From Eledone cirrhosa (lineage: Eukaryota), in NCBI GenBank assembly GCA_964016885.1, contig OZ024742.1:268522001-268586000 (forward strand): DNA of 64,000 nucleotides, read 5' to 3'. Shown here piece after piece: positions 13,901 through 26,000 of the stretch (the first letter of the stretch is position 1; each line of letters starts with the position of its first letter). Both the position numbers and the translations under genes were made by a program. The notes under the pieces are model-generated. The model ran no database searches. It saw only the letters and a list, made by a program, of their open reading frames with translations, and was not told the DNA's origin.

Positions 13901-14380
13901 AAATAGACCTGATATAATATTGAAGGACTTTCAAAGGAGGGTATGCCTGCTAATTGATATGTCTGTTCCAATAGACAAGAATGTATCTATAAAACATTTG
14001 AAAAATTGAGCAAGTATAAGGACCTGGAGATAGAAATTGGAAAAATGTGGAAATTGAGAACTAAAACAATACCAGTGGTTGTAGGCGCTCTGGGAATGAT
14101 ACCTAAGTGGTCTAACGACTACTTATCGCAAATCCCAGGAAACCCGCGTATAGGAGAAATACAAAAGATAGTACTAATGGGAACTGCCCATATACTAAGG
14201 AAGATCCTGTCAATATAAGTACATCACAAGTCTAAACACTAAGGATGTATGTGTGAATATGTGTGTTCTTTCTTGAACATGGCGGACCTTGTTGTCTCTT
14301 GAGGTCACTGGTTGTGACTTGGTGATAACTCGTATAAACATAAAGCAAGATAAATGCAAATAATAATAATAATAATAATA
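10955..14380 (+). mobile_element. Family A copy 2, 5'-truncated, head-to-tail after the TAA tail of copy 1
   Basis: Near-identical to 7521-10955. Premature TAA at 13566-68 (GAA in copy 1) and a 1-nt deletion near 13990. TAA tail at 14359-14380. Confidence 0.96.
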
Positions 14381-15021
14381 TTGATAATATAAAGAAGAAG
14401 AAGAATAAGGGAAGAAGATGCACATGGTGGATATATTGTTATGGAATTGATCCCGTAAGTTTTTGATTTTTACATATTTAATCAACTGTGATAGAATAAT
14501 TCTTATTGCAAATGGAACATAAGATTACATTTTTCCCTCTCAGCAAGTGACAACGCATCACATTATGGCATAGGGCCCCAATATTTAATATTTAATTTTG
14601 GATCAGAAATGTTATAGTCAAAAAAGCCGAAAATGTTACGTTGACGCGCAAATAATTTCACCACCAACACCACCGCCGCCGCCGCGACCATCAGCACTAC
14701 CACACACATAAAAATCTAGACAAACCAACTGTTACTTCCACTTCTACACCATCACTACAGTACTACTATCACATCACCACCACCACTGCATCATTATCGC
14801 TACCGAGGCTATTCTCTCCCACTACCTCCTGTTAAGACAGAGGGATAGTAGTATTCCCACTAAGTGAGGAAGGTATCAAAATATATAAATAGACTGATTT
14901 GATGACCCGGTCAGAGGCAACAACATCAACAACAAAAACATTATTGCTGTTGTACCTCTAAAACCCCCTCAAAGTGTTTAGTTTAAACGATGCCAAATCT
15001 AAACTATAATATAATAATAAT

Positions 15022-15195
15022 AATTGTTTCTACTTTAGGCACATGGCCAGCAATTACCCAGTGCATTACTGGTACTTTATTTTATCGACCCTGTAATGAT
15101 GAAAGGCAAAGTTAACCTCGGCAGGATTTGAACTCAGACCGTAAAGGGACGTAACTATGCTGGAAAACATGGCGTCCGAGTCTCTACCGATACTG
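15022..15195 (-). mobile_element. tRNA-derived SINE (Nin/Deu-like core)
   Basis: Reverse complement contains B box GTTCAAATCC and a gcctttcatc...gggtcgataaaataaagtaccag core; same family as 59780-59965. Confidence 0.9.
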
Positions 15196-15459
15196 AATAA
15201 TAATAATAATAATGATACGCAACAAGTCGAAACAAATTTCAAAAGTTTTGAACACAACAGCCCTACTTCTCATGAAGTTAAAATAAAAAAAAACAGAAAA
15301 AAAACAGCACAGCAGCATCGAAAAACGTAAAGAAAAAAAAAACAAAAATAGAGACAAACAAGCCAAAAAACTAAGTCAGACATTCAAACATTACATTACA
15401 ATGAAACTTATGCTTATTTTTTAAAGTTTTTACCTATTTATTTGTTTGTTTACATATGT

Positions 15460-18400
15460 TCGTCTACAGCGTGATAGTGCCACGCTAAAATCACCGAGGG
15501 TGATCAAATCACTGGGGGTGATGAAATCATCGGTGGTTATGTAACCATACATTCACCAATCCTCGATATGAGTGTATAAATATCGAACCTAAACAGTTCG
15601 AATAACGGTGAAGTGGAGACTGAAATGTGATGTGACATACTCTCACCCAGCAGGTGCTCCCTGGCACAGCAGCAGGGACCTGGCTGTCATCCAAATACTG
15701 CTGGTGTCGGAGGAAGAAGAAGAAGGAAAGGGACCAAAACCAACTGGACGAAAGAATTTAATAGAACTGTTATGCATGTTACTGAAGAGTAACCCCAAGG
15801 AAAAACGCTATAGGAAACGGATGCGTAACATCTGGAACGAGATTGGTCTATTTAATCAGATGAACAAAAATTGGCCGAGCAGGATCGGGTAATAGAACTA
15901 ATGGGTAGATAAGCGAGCTTGAACTGGAGGAACTGAGCAGAGATATTAGGTGAGTGGAGTATGCCAAGCAAACGAGCCAGTGGGAAATGAAGGTGAAGAG
16001 GTTGAGAGAACGGATGAAGCATCCGAAGCAGACAATGATCTGAATACTGAAATAACTAATTGTTTCTACATTTGACACAAGGCCAGCAATTACCAAGTAC
16101 ATTACTGGTACTTTATTTTATCGACCCCGTAAGGATGAAAGGCAGAGTTAACCTTGGCGGGATTTGAACTCAGATCATAAAGGGTCGTAACTCTATGCTT
16201 CAAAGCATGGCGTCCGACTCTCTACCAATACTGCCAATCCACCGCCAATGCTGAAATAAATAATACCTGGAACAAAGATACGGTCATTATGGAAATGCAT
16301 GCTGACGGGCTAGGACTAGATTTGGTTGATATCCTAAACTTAGTGGTAGATGAAATGAAAAATGATAGTGGGAAACCTATGAACCTAATATTTCTAGACA
16401 GGAAAAAGTTAAAAGAAACAACAGCTAAGTTAAACAAAGTCATCAGGGAAATGAGAAATGACATTGGAAAGCTTGAGTCCCTACTGAATGGGACAGTACA
16501 AAACATAGACACTAAAATTAGACTGGAAATATAGTACACAACTAGGAGGAAAAAGCTATATATTATCATAGAGGAAATGAAGCAATGCATTGTAGCAAAG
16601 AGTGCAAAGATTAGGTGGTATGAGAGCAGAGTCAGTCAGTATAGACAAAACCGCATGTTTGAAAACAACGAGAAGATTTTGTTTGGACAGCTTGAAGGGA
16701 AAGAAAGAGGCAACGACTCTTTCTTGATCCCTGAGGCGGAACAGACTAAGACATTCTGGAGAGGAATATGGGAGCAGGATGTTGAACATAATAGTCTGGC
16801 AGTGTGGATTGAGACAGTACAGAAGGAGATCAGTGAACAGGCACACCAAAATACTGATTTGAGTATCACAATTGAAACTCTTAAAGGGCAGCCCGAAAAA
16901 CTAAACAACTGGAAATCACCAGAATTGGATTACAAATATAACATCCCTCCACCCGAAACTGACAACCATGTTCAATGACTGCTTGATGTCTGGTGAGGTA
17001 CGAGTGTGGTTGACAAAGGGTACCACAGTCCTGGTAATGAAACACCGAAACAAGGGTAATGATGGTAGCAACTAGAGACCCATCACATGTCTGTCCGTAA
17101 ATGTGGAAACTGTTAACAAGCATTATGTCTGAGGAAATCTACCATCACCTCCACATAAACAACTTGTTACCGGACGAACAGAAAGGATGCCGAAAGAAGT
17201 CTCGTGGTACAAAGGACCAGTTACTTATTGATAAGATGGTAATGAGGAATTGCAAGAGGAGACGCACTGGTCTTGCCATGGAATGGATAGACTACAAAAA
17301 GGCATTCGACATGGTACCTCATTCTTGGATAACCAAAAGCCTAGAGATCTTCAAGGTGGCAGATAACATCAGACAGTTGTTGGGCAAAAGTATGAAGTCC
17401 TGGAAAACAGAGTTAACATCAGCTGGAGAATCCTTGGGAGGCGTGAAGATCAAGAGAGGTATTTTCCAGGGAGATAGTCTGTCCCCTCTGTTGTTTGCCC
17501 TTGCCCTGATATCCCAGACCATTATACTGCGAAAAGTAAGAGCATGATACAAGTTTGGAAAAGGAGAGCTTACAATCAATCACCTCCCCTTCATGGACGA
17601 TCTTAAGCTCTTCGGGAAGAGTGAGAAGGAGTTGGATGTACTTGTTGACACGGTCCGTATCTTCAGAGATAATATATGTATGCAATTTCGTATTAGTAAG
17701 TGTGGAGTTCTTGTGATGAAGATAGGTACACTGAGCAGAAGCAACGGAATTCAGGTACCAACAGGTGAGATGATAAAGGAAATTGACACTGAAGAAGGAT
17801 ACAAATATTTGGGTGTTCTGGAGGCAGATGACATCAAGAACAAAATATGAAGGAATTGATAAGATCTGAGTGGATTGGGAGAGTAAGGAGCGTATTAAAA
17901 TAACATTTGAACATTAGGAATGCCATGATGGCAGGTAAATTCCCGAGCTGTGTCTATTGTTAGGTACAGTGCGGGAATTCTGAAATGGAATGTTACTGAA
18001 GTAAAAGAAATGGATAGGAAGACTAGGAAGCTATTGACTATCTACAACATGTTCCACAAAAGGTGTGATGTCGATAGACTCTACTTAAGGAGATCTGAAG
18101 GTGGAAGAGGTCTTATCAGCACAGAGGACTGTGTTCAGAGGGAGAAAATAAACCTACACAAATACGAGACTGACAGTAGGGAGCAAATGCTCTGGATTGT
18201 ACTGAAGGAGAGGACAATAGACCAAAGGATGTCCAAGGAGGAAATAACAACAAGGAGGAAGAGCAACCTTCATGAAAAATCCCTTCATAGTAGCTTCTTC
18301 GAGAAAACTGAATTTAGAGATCCACAGACATGGAACTGGTTGAAAAGAGGAGACCTTAAAAAGGCTACAGAAGGAATGATAATGGCTGTGCAAGAGCAGG

Positions 18401-19130
18401 CCCTCAAAGCGAAGTGGGTTTATCACCATATTTACAAAGAGGAGGCTAGCTTACTGTGTAGGATGTGTGGAGAGAGAGAGGAGACTGTGGCTCACATTGT
18501 ATCCGAGAGTAAACACCTAGCCCAGACTCACTATAAAGGCTGGAGACATGATGTGATGGGTAGGGTGATCCACTGGCACCTATGCAAAGTAAACAATTTA
18601 CCACATTCTGAGAAGTGGTATGAGCATAAGCCAGAGTTGGTGATAGAAAACGATCAGATGAAGGTGCTGTGGGATTTTAGGATACAGACGGACAAGAAAC
18701 TGGAAGACAATAGACCTGACCTGGTGGTTTTGGACAAGGAAAACAGATCGTGCCTGATTGTAGATGTAGCCTGCCCATTCGACACGGGAGTGCAAGAGAA
18801 GTAGAGGGAGAAAATTAAACACTACCAGGACTTAAAATGTGAGGTAAAAACGATTTGGAACTGCCATGAAGTCAAAGTGGGCCCGATTGTCATAGGCGCA
18901 CGAGGTACTATCTCGAATAGTTTCCAAGGATGTTTAAAGAAAATTAGTCCAGCCACGCTTTTTGGAACACTTCAACGGGCATGCTTACTGGGAACATCTA
19001 GACCCCTCCGATACGTCCTGAATATGTGAGGCTGCAGGTAATGGCTTAATATTCATTTCAACAAACATTCCAGTTAAATAACATCAATGACCGTACCTCA
19101 AAGAACAATAATAATAATAATAATGATAAT
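15460..19130 (+). mobile_element. Decayed full-length R4/Dong element (family B)
   Basis: N-terminal WTKEFNRTVM...KSNPKEKRYRKRMRNIW, RT motifs [26 protein letters not shown] and MDDLKLF, CRMCGEREETVAHIVSE, RPDLVVLD, TAA tail at ~19105-19130. Multiple stops and frameshifts. Confidence 0.92.
16058..16246 (-). mobile_element. Full-length tRNA-SINE inserted into the family B ORF, 13-bp TSD
   Basis: A and B boxes on the minus strand. Flanks are aatactgaaataa (16043-55) and aatgctgaaataa (16247-59). Confidence 0.92.
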
Positions 19131-19150
19131 ACTATTATTAATTATGTAAC

Positions 19151-19510
19151 TTTTCAGGGTGACTCTTTATCACCGCTTTTATTCTCTATCGCACTTATAA
19201 CATTAAGTAAAATGCTCAATGAAACAAAATATGGATATAAAGTCTATGACAACACCATTAATCACTTGTTTTACATGGATGACCTGAATCTATTTGCAAA
19301 AAATGATGAACAATTGCAAGGGCTATTATCCACTGTGGAGCAGTTTAGTGATGTCATTAAAATGGAGTTTGGACTAGATAAATGCGCCAAAGCAACGTTC
19401 ACCAGAGGAAAGCTGCTGAAAAGTTCAGAGATTATTCTTGATCGGGGGAATGTGATAACTCGTATGAACATAAAGCAACATAAAGGCAGCTGTAATAATA
19501 ATAATAATAA
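19151..19510 (+). mobile_element. Short family A derivative with a large internal deletion, after the family B tail
   Basis: Matches 9113-9420, then jumps to the 3' UTR (10888 onward) at the shared GTGATAA; ends in a TAA tail. Confidence 0.9.
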
Positions 19511-19511
19511 T

Positions 19512-19687
19512 TATTATTTCTACTTTTGGCAAAATTACCCAGTACATTACTTGTACTTTATTTTATGAAGCCCGTAAAGATGAAAGGCAAAGTTAACCTC
19601 GGCGAGATTTGAACTCATATCATAAAGGGATGTAACTCTATGCTTCAAAGCATGGCGTCCGACTCTCTACCGATACTGCCAATCCAC
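19512..19687 (-). mobile_element. tRNA-SINE
   Basis: Same family; followed by (GAA)n. Confidence 0.88.
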
Positions 19688-20331
19688 AGAAGAAGAAGAA
19701 GAAGAAGAAGAAGAAGAAGAAGAGTGGCTGTGATTATTTAGCAATGGTGTGTGAGACATATGTGTGGCAAACTATCATGATGTAAGTACACTGAGCGTGA
19801 TGGGTAGACGTTTATTTAGACCTAATGGGTCAAGTCAACAGAATATGTGATGTATAGCCAATTATGATATATAGTGTTCTTAGCATTTGCATTATTTTAC
19901 GTGATTGTAAATATACTTATATGAAATATTGATGTATCACAAACCGATTTTGCTATTCACAACAGGATTAACGTTGTGGTATCGAATATCTTCATTCTTT
20001 CTAGTCCGACCTATATAGGGCATATTTTGCTTTGTCCATTCCTCGTTTTCTTCATTATTTGTCATTAGATGCGTTTCTGTAAGTGCTAATCAAACTGGTC
20101 GATTAAATGGAGAAAATCTTCTAGATAGGCAATCATTTGGTAGTAGAGTGAAATATAATTCTCATCTTCAATGTTAGTGTTGCTGTAACAAATGAGTGCT
20201 CATTCTATGTTTATAATATGCAGTGTTATAGTGCACAAAAGGAGACATAATTACGTGATGAAATCCCTACTAGCTTTGCTACCAATGAACAATAAGGTAA
20301 TTTAGTCTATATAAGAAAGTAATTAAAAAAA

Positions 20332-20402
<71 letters not shown>

Positions 20403-20593
20403 TATAGGATTATCCAAGATGTAGTGATGGTTAATTACTACACTGGATATGGTTGACGTACGGTAAGAGGTTACTCTACGAGTTATGGAAGAATTGTTCA
20501 AGAAACTTAGTTCCTGATCCTTCAGTGTTCCGGAGTGTATATAAAGAATGAATAATAACAGGTAGACATCATAAAAAGGTAGTTTATTCCGTG

Positions 20594-20705
20594 TGCTTAC
20601 AAGTGTTTCCACGGTGGTGCTGCAGCCTAGTTCCGCTACGTGCAAATTCACAAGTATTTGCAGAACTCGAATATCCAATGCTGTGACCACTGTTTCCTCA
20701 GAGCA
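20594..20705 (-). ncRNA. Type I hammerhead ribozyme (long stem II), inverted copy
   Basis: Reverse complement of 21682-21793. Confidence 0.75.
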
Positions 20706-21681
20706 GAATGGTAAATATACAATGTAAAAACCCTTAAGTGGGGTTGCTGGGGAAGATAGAGTGGAACAGGAAGAGAGAAAAGTAGGGAAGAAGGAGAGAG
20801 AAAGAAAGATGTGCAGGGGTTGGAGAAGTAGGAGAGAGTGGCTTGTAGATGTCTTAATCAAAATGTTATGGTAGGGGTTTTATTAGTTACTTTTGGAGAG
20901 ATGCGTAGATAGTTGAGGTCAGAATTATTTATTGCCCCAGAATCACCGCTTTGTGACCACGCTCGCCAACAAGACCTGGCAACTCCGTGAACACAACCAA
21001 CAGTTCACCTTAAAATGGGATATACTTTCCAGCGCAAATGCATATCGGAGTGGTTTGAAGTACTGCAGGTTATGTAACCTTGAGCTATTTTACATACTAA
21101 AATCCAAAAACAAACTACTCAACGATAGAATTGAACGATCATTATACTGCAACCACAAACTAAAAGCTAAATTCTCTCACTATAAAATAACTTAACATTC
21201 GAACCCGTAACTACAACACCACTTTCTAGCTAACAACCTTCTCTTCCCCCCACACTACAAGACAATACACTGCTTATCACTATACATGGTAACTCAGTAC
21301 AACTCCTAGAATACTACTACAAAACCAAATATTCACTCACCACACATATTTATCTGTCCCCTCTCTACCTATATATCTCTCTCTACATCCACTCTCTCTC
21401 TCTCACCTTTGACCTACCTCCCTCTCAACATTTATGAACCTGCCCTCTAGGGCAATAAATAATTCTGACCTCAACTATCTACGCATCTCTCCAAAAGTAA
21501 CTAATAAAACCCCTACCATAACATTTTGATTAAGACATCTACAAGCCACTCTCTCCTACTTCTCCAACCCCTGCATATCTTTCTTTCTCTCTCCTTCTTC
21601 CCTACTTTTCTCTCTTCCTGTTCCACTCTATCTTCCCCAGCAACCCCACTTAAGGGTTTTTACATTGTATATTTACCATTC

Positions 21682-21793
21682 TGCTCTGAGGAAACAGTGG
21701 TCACAGCATTGGATATTCAAGTTCTGCAAATACTTGTGAATTTGCACGTAGCGGAACTAGGCTGCAGCACCACCGTGGAAACACTTGTAAGCA
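21682..21793 (+). ncRNA. Type I hammerhead ribozyme with ~85-nt branched stem II
   Basis: tgct-CTGAGGA-[aacagtggt...accaccgtg]-GAAA-c-actt-GTA-agca, followed by aataaa. Confidence 0.78.
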
Positions 21794-21840
21794 CACGGAA
21801 TAAACTACCTTTTTATGATGTCTACCTGTTATTATTCATT

Positions 21841-21891
<51 letters not shown>

Positions 21892-23249
21892 TATTAACGC
21901 GCTCCAGGTGCGTGATCCCATTATTCTACGTGTTGTTAATTTTTTCTTTGACTACCGGGGACCACAATATTTGGAAACAAATTGTGTTTATTGGTAGCAT
22001 ATTAAAACATACGAGTATTTTTATGTATTGCACAATAGATATCGATTTATTGCATATACGACGAGGACACATTATATTGAACCACCACCAGTATTGAATA
22101 TCACTTTTTCCAAGTTAAGATATTGGCTCCATTATGAAGGAAATGTTGAAGTAAGATATACGAAATTGCAGCTGCAACGAGTTGGCGGAAGACGAATCTA
22201 AATGAAAGAGAAAAGGAAATTGAAAATAAATAAACAACCTGAAGTTATGTAAATATTATTTCAACCAGAATGTTCCCATGTAAGTTCGGAAAACAATATT
22301 TCTGATTAGAGAAGAGTCTTGAATGATCATTTTGAAAATTATTTTTAAATAATTGTAATATTACTATAGAGGTGGTTTCAAAGTGAGTATTTCAATTTGG
22401 GAGTCACATGCGCTGACACTAAAACATGAATAAATATCATTTTATAGTGTTGATAATGTATATTATCAATAATAACAAAACAATAAATCAACTTTACTTT
22501 TGCACAGATTATGGAAATATAATGTCACAAAGTCATTTTCGATATATTCAAAAAGATAAGTCTATCGATCAGATAGGTTTTAGTAGGTGTTGGTAGGTTT
22601 GGCGCATAAGCAGAAACCATGCTCTTCATAATCCCTCCACGAATACGGTGTAACATTACGTTGATGTTTCATTTAAAATGTTGCAGCTTCACTCCTTTCA
22701 GGAAGGCCGAAGTTTTGGTCCAGTAGGAATGTTAAAACGGACAAGATTAGAGTCAGGTGTGCGTGAGTAATGTTGAAACCAGTAAGTACGGGAACAAAAA
22801 ATATAATACGCAAAAAATGTAGCTTCCTCACCATCAATGGATATAGATTTGACAGTAACAATTTGTGGCATGTGGCATTAGGAGGAAGCTGTTGTACATA
22901 AGTTTATGTTAAATACATCTGTAAATTTATTCATATTTATATATGCGATGTAAATATGATTTGATATTCCTATAGGTTGTTCAATTCGATATCTTCCAAC
23001 TGATATCAAATAAATAACCTTTGAAATTAGACGAAAGAGAAGTATAATATGAGCATTATTTGAGACTTCAAAATGATACTGCTGTTGTTTTAAAGGCACC
23101 AGGTGATAAACATGTTCAATATAGAGTAGATGAGCAGAATGATGTATTTGTTTATATAGTTTCATCCAGCAATATATCAAACTGAGGATTTATAATATAA
23201 ATATTTAAAATATATAAAACATACCACTCATTGCATCATCTGCACTTGT

Positions 23250-23299
<50 letters not shown>

Positions 23300-23860
23300 T
23301 TATTTATTGTTTTAGGTAAAAGTTACAAGACACGTTTAGAAAACTAATATATAATTATTAATTTTTACACAAGTTTCGTTAATGAATTATGCTGTTGTCT
23401 AGTGTTTTGTTTGAAAATATAGTTATTTCCGATAATTTCCGCACAGCACTAGCCGTTTTAGGCTCAACAATTCATGTGAAATTGTTTTCTGCTGAATTAT
23501 TTAGATTAAAACGTTCATTGTCCTGCAGAAATAATCGGAAGAAGCAATGTTTCATAACAAAATTCTGGACCGTGACATAACTCAACAACGCAAAATAAGT
23601 AAAAATGTAATATCAAATAATATATTTTCTAATCAAGCGTTCTATAATTTTCATATAGCAATAACTATGTGGACTCCATGAATGATTGGAACATGAACAA
23701 ATCCTCGTGGATTAACACCGCGAATGTATTCTCGCTGGCTTCAAATATACATGTTGAGTGACCCATCCGGTATATCTACATTTCATGAACTGTTACATAT
23801 TCCTTCTGCAACTCTGATATTATCAACACAAAGTTAAAACTATCGTATTATATATATATA

Positions 23861-24175
23861 GGGAGTGTAACTTGGAGTTACTGTAGGTTCACCCGGGTGA
23901 GCACACGATGTTTAGGTTCACTTCTGTGTCGAGGTGTAGAGCTATACAGAGTGTATTATTTTGAAAAGATAACAAGGACGATTGGTTACTCCTTCATTAC
24001 ATTTATTGATAGGTGACGCGTGTTTCGCCACTGATCAGCTCAAGGTTCGATCTGTATCGATCTAGAGTCGGGTAAGATCGATACAGATCAAACCTTGAGC
24101 TTATCAGTGGCGAAACGCGCGTCACCTACCAATAAATGTAATGAAGGAGTAACCAATCGTCCTTGTTATGTTTTC
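23861..24175. mobile_element. Fold-back Penelope pLTR remnant (101-bp-arm palindrome) between TA arrays
   Basis: Arms 23963-24063 and 24075-24175 with an 11-nt loop. Contains GAAAC-GCGC-GTC and aataaa. Confidence 0.8.
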
Positions 24176-24774
24176 TATATATATATATATTAACTAGTCA
24201 ACTGCCTAACTAAGACGATCGAATAAAACCAATGACGATATACATATATAACATAAATATTGATTAAGTCACTCAGCATGAAAAGATCAATGAACATTAG
24301 TTCAAAGCATAATTCATATAACTAGTTGAGAAGCATCTAGAATTATGTACATATAGAATGAGAAATTACAAATGTACTCACTTGAAGAAAGAATCAAGTC
24401 AAACATGTCCAATGTACAGAGTAAGATGTGAAGCACCTACTGACGAATGATGATCCTTTGTCTTGATGATGCTTGTTACTAAGATTGATGATTTGTGATT
24501 GAGCCCAATCATTAGAACGATTATAAATATCATATTCTGGAATGTATCATGAAACGGCCGTATATGTGAACTTTAGATAATTTTGGCTTGATTCATTGTT
24601 GTCATTTGATATTACACTAGTTATTTCTCAACTAGATATATGGAAGAGATTTTCTGTTTATCATTGAAATTTTTATACATTATGTTCTGAAGTTATGTTT
24701 ATTGAGTTATCCTTGTTGAACATGTTATGAAGATACATTACATATCTGGAGATTTAACATAATTATAGAATATA

Positions 24775-24802
24775 CTAGCAGTATGGCCCGGCGTTGTTCG
24801 GG
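24775..24802 (-). mobile_element. Helitron 3' terminus
   Basis: Minus strand reads cccgaacaacgccggg-ccatactg-CTAG|T: a GC-rich hairpin plus CTRR, homologous to 29507-29534. Confidence 0.7.
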
Positions 24803-25375
24803 AATCTAACCATAGATTGACACATTTATCCCTTCTTTCAGAAACAGTACAGAGAAGTACGCAATACCTCAGCCTGGGGATTTTGTCCACCGGATCCTCT
24901 ACTGGTTAGGAGTCATCAAAACCACATTTTATTGAACCTGATTTAATATATATATATGTATATATGTATCATGTGTATATATATATATATATATTAGGTG
25001 TGTATATATGTGTATTTTATATATATGTATGTATATGTATGTATATATTCTATATATACATATGTATATGTATGTGTATATATATATATATATGTATGTA
25101 TGTTTTATGTGTGTATATATTTTATGTATGTGTGTATTTTATGTATATATATATTTTTTATATTTTTATATGTATATATTTTATATATATGTATGTTCTG
25201 TGTTTATATATATATTTTATATATATTGTTATACTTTGGGAGTGTCATGTTGCCAATAAGAAACACACGCACCAGTGCTTTCACTTCAATTTATTCTAAT
25301 AAATTTATAAATTTAGGAATTTATAAATTTGCGGTGGGTTGGTTGGTTCCACAACCAGATGGTTGTTTATATATT

Positions 25376-25418
25376 GTCAAAGTTCTTTCGACACACACTA
25401 TGTGACCTCTTCAGTGAC
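25376..25418 (-). ncRNA. Minimal type I hammerhead, inverted copy
   Basis: Minus strand: gtca-CTGAAGA-ggtcacatagtgtgtgtc-GAAA-gaac-TT-tgac. Confidence 0.7.
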
Positions 25419-25957
25419 TGGGGATTATTTTCTTTGTGTTTGTGCCTCTCTTTGTTCTGTCCTACGCCATCTTGTTTATGTGTGTGTGTGTTGTGTGCTC
25501 AGTCTGCGCATGCGCCACATATTTTAGTATGTTGGTAGACCAAGATAGTAAAGAATCATCTGTACTTTACTAACGAACTACCAACATGCTAAAATAGAAC
25601 ATAAGGGTAAATTAGAGAACATAGAAATAAAAATAGAATCTACACACAAAAAAGACGCAATGTTTAGACAAATTACAGAGGCAATAAACATAAAAAAATT
25701 ACAACCAAAATTAAATAGAAAACATGAGTGGAACAGCAACATCACAACTTACAATAAAGGACAAAATGAAAACACACACGCACATAGAACAAACAACCAA
25801 CCAGCAAATGTAAATAAACAAATAAATAAACGAATATAAACACACACAGACACCCGGATGTGGGGCATGCGCAGATTGAGCACACAACACAAACACAGAA
25901 ACAAGATGGCGTAGGACAGAACAAAGAGAGGCACAAAAACAAAGAAAATAATCCCCA

Positions 25958-26000
25958 GTCACTGAAGAGGTTACAGAATGTGTGTCGAAAGAACTTTGAC
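25958..26000 (+). ncRNA. Minimal type I hammerhead
   Basis: gtca-CTGAAGA-ggttacagaatgtgtgtc-GAAA-gaac-TT-tgac. Confidence 0.68.

Larger units (their letters stand above)
20401..21848 (+). mobile_element. Penelope-like element remnant with inverted pseudo-LTRs, within (TA)n
   Basis: Inverted repeat 20538-20938 vs 21450-21848. The internal ORF 20932-21195 (TLANKTWQLRE...KWDIL...CRLCNLELFYIL...LLNDRIE...CNHK) is a GIY-YIG C-terminus. TA arrays on both sides. Confidence 0.9.

Noticed and set aside
15488-15541. Short regularly spaced repeats as a CRISPR-like array
   Set aside because: Units are directly tandem with no spacers, there are no cas genes, and the DNA is eukaryotic.
20307-20861. 184-aa ORF duplicated at 21526-21888
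   Set aside because: It falls in the non-coding inverted pLTR and runs into TA repeats; the duplication reflects the inverted repeat.
22560-22860. Possible host exon or APE fragment (VSAYAP, minus strand)
   Set aside because: A single short motif with interrupted frames; unsupported.
24945-25225. YI/MY-rich ORFs
   Set aside because: Degenerate TA/TG low-complexity sequence.
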